Both the position numbers and the translations under genes were made by a program. The notes under the pieces are model-generated. The model had not been told where the DNA came from and searched no databases. It was given only the letters and a program-made list of their open reading frames with translations. This document shows positions 54,474 to 62,581 of a stretch of 64,000 nucleotides of DNA, piece by piece; the first letter of the stretch is position 1; every line of letters starts with the position of its first letter. Source of the stretch: an archaeon (lineage in GTDB: Archaea > Nanobdellota > Nanobdellia > Pacearchaeales > GW2011-AR1). The stretch spans positions 32,481-96,480 of the forward strand of contig DAOVXQ010000003.1 in NCBI GenBank assembly GCA_030636025.1, written 5' to 3'.

Positions 54474-54569
54474 TTAATCTATAATTACTATGGTGGCTAT
54501 AGTTTTTAAATATTTCCATCATTCCAAAAATGGACCTAACGTCCACCCTCAAATCAAAAAAAATTAAAT

Positions 54570-55022
54570 TTATTCAAGCTGTGCTCGGTTTCCTTGACCT
54601 TTCATTCCAGAGCCCTGCATCAAACCTTGCTTCAAACCTTTTCCACCGCCGAAACCAGTTCCCTCTCTAAGACCAACGCCATTTCTCAAACCAAGCTCTG
54701 CCCTCAACTCCGAAGCTCTTGCAAAATCTCCTGCCACTCCAGCCTCGTGAGCTTCGACAAATGTCGCAAAATTATCCTCAGTCACAACAGTTAATACTCG
54801 CGGACTTCTCCCAGATTCAGTCATCAAACTAACCCAAGAATCGTAATCTAAATTGTCAAAAGCATCTTGCATTGGTTCATGTCTTTCTTCAGAATAGTCT
54901 GGTCCTTCAACAGAATAATTTCCTTGATAAGCTGCAACAAAACTAATTCCCAAAAGAGCAACCATCCCCAAAGCAAACACGCCCAACATCTTTTTATTTT
55001 CCATTTTTATTTTACCTCCCAT
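54570..55022 (-). CDS. Secreted protein with Gly-rich C-terminal tail
   Basis: Signal/TM MLGVFALGMVALLGISFVAA. The tail is GLRNGVGLREGTGFGGGKGLKQGLMQGSGMKGQG. Confidence 0.45.
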   Translation of the reverse strand: MGGKIKMENKKMLGVFALGMVALLGISFVAAYQGNYSVEGPDYSEERHEPMQDAFDNLDYDSWVSLMTESGRSPRVLTVVTEDNFATFVEAHEAGVAGDFARASELRAELGLRNGVGLREGTGFGGGKGLKQGLMQGSGMKGQGNRAQLE

Positions 55023-55084
55023 GATTTAATTAAATAAATAAGATTAAGTTTCTTTATAAGAAAGATGGACTTGAAGTCATAAAA

Positions 55085-55345
55085 TTATTCCCCCCTAAAA
55101 ATACTCTTCGTAACCGCAACAATCCAACCCCAATGCAAAGCCAGATGAATCAGAACAAGAAGCCCCATAATAAGGCCGCTCCAATCATGCAATATAGAAA
55201 TATTACTAAAACTTAAAGTTCTATAAGCAGAAACTCCAACAATTTTTATTAATCCAGGCCATTTAATCAAACCAGTAATAAAACAAATAAAAAAAGATAT
55301 TGCCAATCCAACATCAATCCAATAATTTAATTTTAATTTATTCAT
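55085..55345 (-). CDS. DUF4405-like membrane protein
   Basis: 86 aa. YWIDVGLAISFFICFITG...HDWSGLIMGLLVLIHLALHW. Confidence 0.45.
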   Translation of the reverse strand: MNKLKLNYWIDVGLAISFFICFITGLIKWPGLIKIVGVSAYRTLSFSNISILHDWSGLIMGLLVLIHLALHWGWIVAVTKSIFRGE

Positions 55346-55703
55346 TTTGCAAGTCCCCTCTTTTTAATTCTTCTGCAATATCTTTTATTAATGCAGGAGA
55401 AAATGCATACTCTTCTCGAATATCTTCCAAAACACTATCCCCAGTATAACTTTCTTCCAAATTAAACTCTATAACCATCCTAGACAGAAGAACATTAGAA
55501 TCAATTTCCCACAAGTCTGCTACCTCTTGAACTGTTAATAATTTCATCTCATTTCCTTCAATCTCAACAGAATGCTCATGCCCGTCCTCATGTTCATGCT
55601 CTTCAAAATTTGAATAAGATAAATATCCAAAAATTCCAAATAAAGAACCAATAATCATCACCAAAACAAAAATTGTTATTTTTTTCATTTTAAGATTAAA
55701 CAA
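55338..55703 (-). CDS. Membrane-anchored His/Glu-rich (metal-binding?) protein
   Basis: N-terminal TM helix followed by EEHEHEDGHEHSVE. Confidence 0.45.
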   Translation of the reverse strand: MFNLKMKKITIFVLVMIIGSLFGIFGYLSYSNFEEHEHEDGHEHSVEIEGNEMKLLTVQEVADLWEIDSNVLLSRMVIEFNLEESYTGDSVLEDIREEYAFSPALIKDIAEELKRGDLQNE

Positions 55704-55721
55704 TTTTCACTTATAAGTAAT

Positions 55722-55738
55722 GTGGACTCCAAGTCCAC
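55722..55738. promoter_or_regulatory. Perfect palindrome GTGGACT-CCA-AGTCCAC in a divergent promoter region
   Basis: 7-bp arms. Related half-sites RTGGACY occur at 54530-54546 and 55065-55080, each upstream of a minus-strand gene start. Confidence 0.4.
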
Positions 55739-55779
55739 CCAATTTAAAAGTATTTAAACTTCTGATTATTTATTATAAA

Positions 55780-56496
55780 ATGCCAGTGCAACAATTAACC
55801 GGGAGGGTAATTAGCCAAGGATTAGGTCAGGGTCTCGGAAGACTCATGAACTTCGGAATTGGAACCGAAATAATTTACTCGTTTGTAATAATCGTCTGCA
55901 GTTTAATGATTTATTTTGGAACAAGAGAATTATACGAACTAAGCAAACACAAAGGAATCAAATACTTCAGATTGTCGTTTCTATTTTTCGCACTCGCTTA
56001 TTTTTTCCGGTCGTTCATAAAAATAATTCTCTTTTATTTCAACAAACAAGAAATCAGAACAATCCTTCCTTTTTTCGGCAACATCACATTATTCATATTT
56101 GTATATTTCAGCATAATCGCAATTTTTTATCTCATTTATAGTGTCATGCACAAAAAATACAAACAAAAATACATCATCTCCCTCGCGCACATCACTGCAA
56201 TAATCATATCGATAATAATGACATTATCTGGATTCCCCATCATATTATAGTTATCACTAAATCTATTACTCTTCATATTTATCGGACTCGCAGTTTACAC
56301 CGCATACCATCAATCCAAAAAAAAGAAATCCCTTAACCTCTACACAATTTACTTACTACTTTCTATCTTCTGGATTTTTAACATCATAGACATCATAGTC
56401 CCGAATTTTTTACAAACATTTCAACTAATTATTTATCTCGCTTCCTCAGGAATATTTCTAACAATTTTATACAAGGTTCTTAGAAAAACAAACTAA
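55780..56496 (+). pseudogene. Polytopic membrane protein gene interrupted by one in-frame TAG (56248-56250)
   Basis: The ORF from ATG 55780 stops at TAG 56248. The same frame then stays open for 81 more hydrophobic codons to TAA 56494-56496. The next gene starts at 56498. Confidence 0.55.
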
Positions 56497-56497
56497 A

Positions 56498-56761
56498 ATG
56501 GCAAAAAGAAACAGATTAGAAATAATAAAAGACATCTTAAAAATTATCCAGGAAAATCATCCAATAAAACCAACACCCTTACTTAGGAGAACAAACATTT
56601 CTTCATCCAGATTCAAGGAATATTATTTAGAATTATTAGATAAAGAATTTATAAAACAAACTCATGGAAAAAATAAAAAAATTACTCTGACAAAAAAAGG
56701 TTATAAATATCTAGAAAAATATCTGACAATAATAAATTTTATTGATGAATTTGAATTGTGA
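56498..56761 (+). CDS. Winged-helix DNA-binding protein
   Basis: 87 aa. RLEIIKDILKII...PTPLLRRTNISSSRFKEYYLELLDKEFI... Confidence 0.5.
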   Translation: MAKRNRLEIIKDILKIIQENHPIKPTPLLRRTNISSSRFKEYYLELLDKEFIKQTHGKNKKITLTKKGYKYLEKYLTIINFIDEFEL

Positions 56762-56830
56762 TTATTTTGATAATTACAACCCACACAACAAATCAAAAAA
56801 CTTTAAATATCTTCTTTTTCTTCAATCTTT

Positions 56831-57967
56831 ATGAATAAAACAATCCAAGAAAAACTCGCTCTTATAAAAAGGAACACAGAAGAGATTTTAACTGAAGATG
56901 ATTTAGTGAAATTATTGGAAAGTGGAACTCCCCTAAAACATTATATTGGTTTTGAAATTTCTGGGAAAATTCATTTAGGAACTGGATTAATGTGCATGTC
57001 AAAGGTTAAAGATTTAATGGACGCGGGAGTTGAGTGCAGTGTTTTTTTAGCAGACTGGCACTCGTGGATTAATGATAAGCTCGGCGGAGATTTAGATGTA
57101 ATTAAAAAAATTGCTGTAGGATATTTTAAAGAAGGATTAAAAACAAGTTTAAAATGCGTCGGTGGAAATCCAGAAAAATTAAAATTTGTTTTAGGAAGTG
57201 AATTATATCACAACAACGATAAATTCTGGGCAACAGTAATTGATGTCAGCAAACACACCTCTTTATCAAGAATGCAGAGAAGCATTACAATTCTCGGGAG
57301 AAAAGAAGAGGGCAAAGTGGATTTTGCAAAATTAATTTACCCGCCAATGCAGGTCGCAGATATTTTTGCTCAGGGAATTAATATCCCCCAATCAGGGCTT
57401 GATCAAAGAAAAGCACAGGTGATTGCAAGAGATGTAGCAAAGAAATTAAGTTTCTGTCCATTGAAAAATAAAAAACAAGAAATAATCAAACCTTGTGCAG
57501 TCCACCATCATTTAATTTTAGGATTAGGAAAACCAACCGAATGGCCTTTGCCAAAAGAAAGAATGCAGGAATTATGGTCTATTTTAAAAATGAGCAAATC
57601 AAAACCAGACACTTGTGTTTTTATCCACGACTCTCCTGAAGAAATAAAAAGAAAAATAAACAAAGCATTTTGCCTGGAATGTGAAATTGAATTTAATCCA
57701 ATTATGGATTGGTGCAAAAGTTTGATTTTCCCAATAAAAGGAAAATTAGAAATTAAAAGACCTGAAAAATTCGGAGGAAACATAAATTTTGAAAATTATG
57801 AAGATTTAGAAAAATCTTTTTCAGAAAAATCATTACATCCAGCAGATTTAAAATCTGGAGTTGCCGACGCATTAATAGAAATTTTAGCTCCTGCAAGAAA
57901 ACATTTTGAAAAACCAAAAATCAAAAATATGTTAAAGGAAATGGAAAAATTAGCGATTACAAGATGA
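56831..57967 (+). CDS. tyrS: Tyrosyl-tRNA synthetase (archaeal type)
   Basis: HYIGFEISGKIHLG (HIGH region), KMSKS, IKRPEKFGG and LHPADLK parallel the M. jannaschii TyrRS as remembered. Confidence 0.85.
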   Translation: MNKTIQEKLALIKRNTEEILTEDDLVKLLESGTPLKHYIGFEISGKIHLGTGLMCMSKVKDLMDAGVECSVFLADWHSWINDKLGGDLDVIKKIAVGYFKEGLKTSLKCVGGNPEKLKFVLGSELYHNNDKFWATVIDVSKHTSLSRMQRSITILGRKEEGKVDFAKLIYPPMQVADIFAQGINIPQSGLDQRKAQVIARDVAKKLSFCPLKNKKQEIIKPCAVHHHLILGLGKPTEWPLPKERMQELWSILKMSKSKPDTCVFIHDSPEEIKRKINKAFCLECEIEFNPIMDWCKSLIFPIKGKLEIKRPEKFGGNINFENYEDLEKSFSEKSLHPADLKSGVADALIEILAPARKHFEKPKIKNMLKEMEKLAITR

Positions 57968-58012
57968 TTGAATTTCCAATTAATTTAAATAACCCCTTTC
58001 CTTATTTTAATC

Positions 58013-58216
58013 ATGATGTTCAAATCAATAATCGGATTGATTATATTATTTTTAATTAGAAAATATCTTCACACAACCCTTTGCAGTTACGGCTCACTAA
58101 TCTGCATTTTCTGGTCAATCATACTTTACTCCTCTATGGCAATCATAGCAATTTATTGGATTATCAAAATAAAAAACTGGTTCAATCAAAAAAAGGAAAT
58201 CAAATCAGATAATTAA
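58013..58216 (+). CDS. Small membrane protein
   Basis: 67-aa hydrophobic ORF. Confidence 0.35.
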   Translation: MMFKSIIGLIILFLIRKYLHTTLCSYGSLICIFWSIILYSSMAIIAIYWIIKIKNWFNQKKEIKSDN

Positions 58217-58337
58217 TATTAATTATTAATTGCGATTATCTAAAATATTCGTTGTTATCTTTTAGTTTTTTTAGGTGTTAAAAAATTTAAATCACAAATG
58301 CAAACTTTAAAATAAGGTCAATTCTTTTAATAAATAT

Positions 58338-58940
58338 ATGATTAAAACAATTATTTTTGATTTGGCAGAAGTGTATCTCAAGGGTTTTTGTGGTATAGAA
58401 GATTATTTTAAAGATATATTGGATTTGAAAGCCATAGAAATCAAGGAAAAACTTCAAGGTCCAGAATTCAAATTGTTAATGGAAGGTAAAATAACGGAAG
58501 ATAAATTCTGGGAAAAACTAATTCAACGAAATAATTGGAGGATTGGAATAGATGAATTCAAGAAAGCAATTAGAAATAATTTTGATGAAATTAAAGGAGT
58601 GAGAGAAATTATTGAAAAGCTTAAAGACAATGGTTTCAAATTGGGATTGCTTTCTGACCATGCGAGAGAGTGGATAAATCATTGTAATGGAAAATTCGAT
58701 TATCATAAATTATTTCATTCTACACAATACTCTTTTGAAGTTGAATGTTGTAAGACAGATAAAAAAATCTTTGAGTTACTGCTTAAAAAGTTAGGTGAAA
58801 AATCAGAGAATTGTTTATTTATTGACGATAGTGAAAAAAATATTGCAGTCGCTAAATCAATTGGTTTAAATGTAATCCAATTTAAAAACCCCAAACAACT
58901 TAAAAAAGAATTGACCTCTTTCGCAATAATAATCAACTAA
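58338..58940 (+). CDS. HAD-superfamily hydrolase
   Basis: MIKTIIFDLAEV (motif I variant), LLSDH (motif II) and FIDDSEKN (motif IV). Confidence 0.6.
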   Translation: MIKTIIFDLAEVYLKGFCGIEDYFKDILDLKAIEIKEKLQGPEFKLLMEGKITEDKFWEKLIQRNNWRIGIDEFKKAIRNNFDEIKGVREIIEKLKDNGFKLGLLSDHAREWINHCNGKFDYHKLFHSTQYSFEVECCKTDKKIFELLLKKLGEKSENCLFIDDSEKNIAVAKSIGLNVIQFKNPKQLKKELTSFAIIIN

Positions 58941-59059
58941 GAGCTAAAATCTAAATTACACATAATACAAACAAACTAATCAAAATTTTTAGAACATATT
59001 ACAATATTCATTCATTCAATCTCAATAATATTTATATACAATTCTTTTCATAAAAAATT

Positions 59060-60031
59060 ATGAACAATGAACCAATTTTAATTTTAGCAGACCCTAACGG
59101 AAATGCATGGGATTTTGCAAAAGAAATATACAACAAACTTAATTCCAGCGAGGATAGAAACAGAAGGTATCATTTAGGAGAAGTTGAAATAAAAAAATTC
59201 AATGATGGCGAAATTTTCGCAGAAATAAAAGAAAATGTTCGAAAGAAAACCTGTTTCTATGTCCACGACTCTTCAATGAACCCGCAAGACTGGGCAATCT
59301 CTCTTGCAATAATAAATGACTCTTTGATGAGAAGTTCTGCAGGAAAAATAAATAACATCTTACCCTATATGAAATACTCTCGGCAGGACAGAATGGCATC
59401 GCCAAGAACTCCAATAACCTCATCAGTAATAGCAAAAATAATCAACCAAAGAGCATACAGAGTAATAACAACAGATTTACACAACCCAACAATTCAAGGA
59501 TTTTACGACATCCCCTTCGACAACCTAAAAGCATACCCGGTAATTATTAATCATCTCAAAAAAAATTACCCAGAATTTTTAGAAAACGCAATTTTAGTTG
59601 CACCCGATATTGGAAGTGCGAAAAAAGTCGAGGGATATGTTAAAAGATTAGGATTAGACATCGCAATTGCAAATAAAAAAAGAAAAGAAGCCGGCGTCGT
59701 CGGAGAAATGACAATAATCGGTGATGTTCAGGGGAAAAATGCAATAATTGTAGACGACATGATTGATACAGGCGGAACATTGATTAAGGCATCTGAAGTT
59801 TTAAAAGAAAAGGGTGCCAAAGAAATCTGGGCTTGTGCAACTCACGGACTTTTCAGCAACAACTCAATAGAAAAATTAGAAAATTCATCATTCAAAAAAA
59901 TCATAATCACAGATTCGATTCCCCAAAAATCTAAGGGAAAAATTGAAGTCATCTCATTGACAAAATTATTTGCCGAGGCAATTTTCAGAATTTCTCATGG
60001 CAAGTCAATTAGTGAGATGTTTAGGAATTAA
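59060..60031 (+). CDS. prs: Ribose-phosphate pyrophosphokinase
   Basis: YMKYSRQDR and AIIVDDMIDTGGTL (PRPP-binding loop). Confidence 0.9.
   Translation: MNNEPILILADPNGNAWDFAKEIYNKLNSSEDRNRRYHLGEVEIKKFNDGEIFAEIKENVRKKTCFYVHDSSMNPQDWAISLAIINDSLMRSSAGKINNILPYMKYSRQDRMASPRTPITSSVIAKIINQRAYRVITTDLHNPTIQGFYDIPFDNLKAYPVIINHLKKNYPEFLENAILVAPDIGSAKKVEGYVKRLGLDIAIANKKRKEAGVVGEMTIIGDVQGKNAIIVDDMIDTGGTLIKASEVLKEKGAKEIWACATHGLFSNNSIEKLENSSFKKIIITDSIPQKSKGKIEVISLTKLFAEAIFRISHGKSISEMFRN
59982..60025. repeat. Direct repeat, left copy (last 44 nt of prs coding sequence)
   Basis: TTTTCAGAATTTCTCATGGCAAGTCAATTAGTGAGATGTTTAGG recurs at 60951-60994 with 3 mismatches. Confidence 0.8.
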
Positions 60032-60072
60032 CGTTTGCCCTTATCTTAAATCAGATAATCCTAATAATTTTT

Positions 60073-60147
60073 ACAGATAAGCGATTAAAAATAATAAGAT
60101 ATAAATAAAAAGAAATTTTTGGATAGTAAAACTCCAAAAATTTCATA
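60073..60147 (+). repeat. Dispersed intergenic repeat, copy 5
   Basis: ACAGATAAGCGATTAAAAATAATAAGATATAAATAAAAAGAAATTTTTGGATAGTAAAACTCCAAAAATTTCAT. Confidence 0.8.
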
Positions 60148-60295
60148 GAATATAAAACTAATTTTTGTTTAACGAAAGACTTAAATAAGAACATAATTTC
60201 TATATGTTAAGGTGTCAGGGAATGCCTTAAGTCTTCGGACATCCTGCTTATGTATCCCCGGCTCTGGACTTTGTCAAGACCGGATTTTATTTAAA

Positions 60296-60847
60296 ATGGT
60301 TAAAAGAATTTCTGTTTATATTGATGGTGCAAATTTTTATTATGGATTAAAAACTATCAATCAAAGATATTCTGATATCTTTTTTGATTTTGAAAGATTT
60401 GTTAAAAAAATTGTAGGAGAAAATAAACTCGTCACAATTTATTATTACAATGCCCCATTAAAAGAAAATTTCAATAAATATGTTTATTGGAATCAAATGA
60501 AATTTTTTGCCCGCCTTAGAAAAATCCCTAAATGCAAGGTAGTTCTCTGTAAAAGACAAAAAAGGGTTGATGGAGATGATAAAGAATATTATATCATCAA
60601 GGGTGACGATATTCATTTATCTTTAGATATGTTAAAGGATGCCTGCAAGAATAAATATGACAAAGCAATTTTAATTTCAGGAGATGGAGATTTTACTCAA
60701 TTAGTAAATTATGTAAAAAAAGAAAACAAGGAAGTTGAAATCTATGCTTTCAAAAATTTAACTTCTGTTGATTTGATTAATAAGGCAAATAAACATTTTT
60801 GGATTGACAAGAAAATGGTTAATAAGTTTTTTTGGAGAAAAAACTAA
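60296..60847 (+). CDS. NYN-domain (LabA/DUF88-like) putative RNase
   Basis: MVKRISVYIDGANFYYG...AILISGDGDF. The start was moved to ATG 60296, because the longer track ORF runs through a GC-rich structured leader. Confidence 0.7.
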   Translation: MVKRISVYIDGANFYYGLKTINQRYSDIFFDFERFVKKIVGENKLVTIYYYNAPLKENFNKYVYWNQMKFFARLRKIPKCKVVLCKRQKRVDGDDKEYYIIKGDDIHLSLDMLKDACKNKYDKAILISGDGDFTQLVNYVKKENKEVEIYAFKNLTSVDLINKANKHFWIDKKMVNKFFWRKN

Positions 60848-60950
60848 TAAATCAATTTAAGAAAAAATAAATATAAAAAACATCCAGCAACCACAAAATC
60901 ACTAGAGATTATGCTCACAATTTAGTTTATGGGGTTTTTGAGTAGTCGTG

Positions 60951-60994
60951 TTTTCAGAATTTCTCATGGCAAGCCTATTAGTGAGATGTTTAAG
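60951..60994. repeat. Direct repeat, right copy (duplicate of the prs 3' end)
   Basis: TTTTCAGAATTTCTCATGGCAAGCCTATTAGTGAGATGTTTAAG would read VFRISHGKPISEMFK* in the prs frame. Confidence 0.8.
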
Positions 60995-61186
60995 TGAATA
61001 ATTTTGATCTCTTAATTAAGATCTACTATAAATGTATCGCTCCTCAAAAAATTCTACAAAGAAAATAAGGTTAAAATCTTTTCTCTGAGTCCTCCTCCTG
61101 TTCCAAAGGTTAAGGAGTTTTTGGAATCAAAATTAAATCATCATCAAATAGTTTTTAAGAGATTTCTCCCTAGCCTTTACCTAATT

Positions 61187-61807
61187 TTAACCCTTTTTTA
61201 TCTGTTCAATCTTTCCTTTATTGATTTTCATTAATCTTGTTTTTCTTTCAATCTGTTTTCCTAAAAGATATGGTTTACCTAATTCTAAAAACTCTGCCCA
61301 AGAAGTTGAAAGAAAAGGGTTTTTAGTTCGGCGGTTTTCTTCAACATAATTGACTTTTTCTATTAAAAGCGGGCTTTCAGTGTTCAAGTTGAGATCTTTA
61401 TAATTAGGAATTATAATGTTTATTAGTTTCTTTACCGAAGGCCCCTGTCCTTTATTATCAACTTCCTCCATAGAACCTAAAGCCTCATAAAGACCTCTAC
61501 TTTCCTGAGGCACATCTTTACAAGTTTCAGTATAGGTAATGTCTCCAGGATTAAAATAGCCACCACTACCAAATATCTCTGACATAGTTGATGAACTGTA
61601 GCTATCTGAAGACCAGTCCTGTCTTGTTGAAAGCCCCTTAATTTCTTGAGAAAATCCCTTTACAGGATCCCTTACAGTAATACCTGAAAATATATATGCT
61701 TTTACATTTCCACAAACTACTGGGGAACAAATTTCTTTTCCATCTGCATTTTCAGTATTTTCATTTACCATACAAGAGTAATAACAACCCTCTTTAACTA
61801 ATTTCAA
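61187..61807 (-). CDS. Hypothetical protein
   Basis: 206-aa ORF. Confidence 0.4.
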   Translation of the reverse strand: MKLVKEGCYYSCMVNENTENADGKEICSPVVCGNVKAYIFSGITVRDPVKGFSQEIKGLSTRQDWSSDSYSSSTMSEIFGSGGYFNPGDITYTETCKDVPQESRGLYEALGSMEEVDNKGQGPSVKKLINIIIPNYKDLNLNTESPLLIEKVNYVEENRRTKNPFLSTSWAEFLELGKPYLLGKQIERKTRLMKINKGKIEQIKKG

Positions 61808-61835
61808 CCGATAATAATCGGCTTTTTAAGAAAAT

Positions 61836-62525
61836 CTACTTTTTCATAGCTCTAATTACAAAATTAAGAATCTTATTTTCCGCCTTTCTTATATGTTCCT
61901 GAATTGTTGAAAAAGAGGTTTTTGTTAATATTGTTAATTTATCCAAACTTATTTTTCTAGGATATTCATAATATCCATTATTCAAAGCAAGATTTAATAT
62001 CTCTTCTTGTTTTTTTGTTAATTCAGGAAATATTGTCAGAAACCCAAAGTTCTTCAACTTCTCTTTTTTAAATTCCAACAACTCAAATTCATATTCAGAC
62101 TCCCCTACTGAAATCAACTTCTCTAGATTTTTTCTACCTATAGAAGCAACTTTAAATTCTTCCCACCCGTCTTTATGCCATATGACTGGCTCGAAATGTA
62201 TTAACTCTGGATTATATGCTACACCAACCATTAATTTCGATTCTCTGGTCTCGGCGTGCGAGGTAATCATAACAAAACAATCTCCCTCAAGTTCTAAAAA
62301 CTCCAGTCGCCGCCCATTCCTTGCATTCTTAAGTTTTCTAATTTCTCTAAAATATTTTCTTCTAGATTCAGGTTCTCCATATATTTTGCCGACGAGGACA
62401 AAATAATGTCTTCGAGATTTAGAGTAATTGTTTACAGGATAATAAAAAACCTCTACATTGTTATTTTTTATCGCTTGAGTAAGAGGACTTTCTATATCAA
62501 GAACCTTAAATTTTAGTATCCACAT
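61836..62525 (-). CDS. Bat-type (HTH_10) transcriptional regulator
   Basis: C-terminal LTKKQEEILNLALNNGYYEYPRKISLDKLTILTKTSFSTIQEHIRKAENKIL. Confidence 0.65.
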   Translation of the reverse strand: MWILKFKVLDIESPLTQAIKNNNVEVFYYPVNNYSKSRRHYFVLVGKIYGEPESRRKYFREIRKLKNARNGRRLEFLELEGDCFVMITSHAETRESKLMVGVAYNPELIHFEPVIWHKDGWEEFKVASIGRKNLEKLISVGESEYEFELLEFKKEKLKNFGFLTIFPELTKKQEEILNLALNNGYYEYPRKISLDKLTILTKTSFSTIQEHIRKAENKILNFVIRAMKK

Positions 62526-62581
62526 ATAACCGATAATTAACGGGAGTTTATAAATTTTGGCTTATTTCCGTATTAAACAAT

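Noticed and set aside
54525-54546. AAAAATGGACCTAAC read as a further tRNA-Val 3'-end remnant.
   Set aside because: Only ~9 nt match the tRNA end. The sequence is better described as one of three RTGGACY palindromes.
60212-60295. Longer version of the NYN ORF, starting at 60212.
   Set aside because: The extra 28 codons (MSGNALSLRTSCLCIPGSGLCQDRILFK) run through a GC-rich hairpin-forming leader, and the conserved NYN N-terminus starts at the internal ATG.
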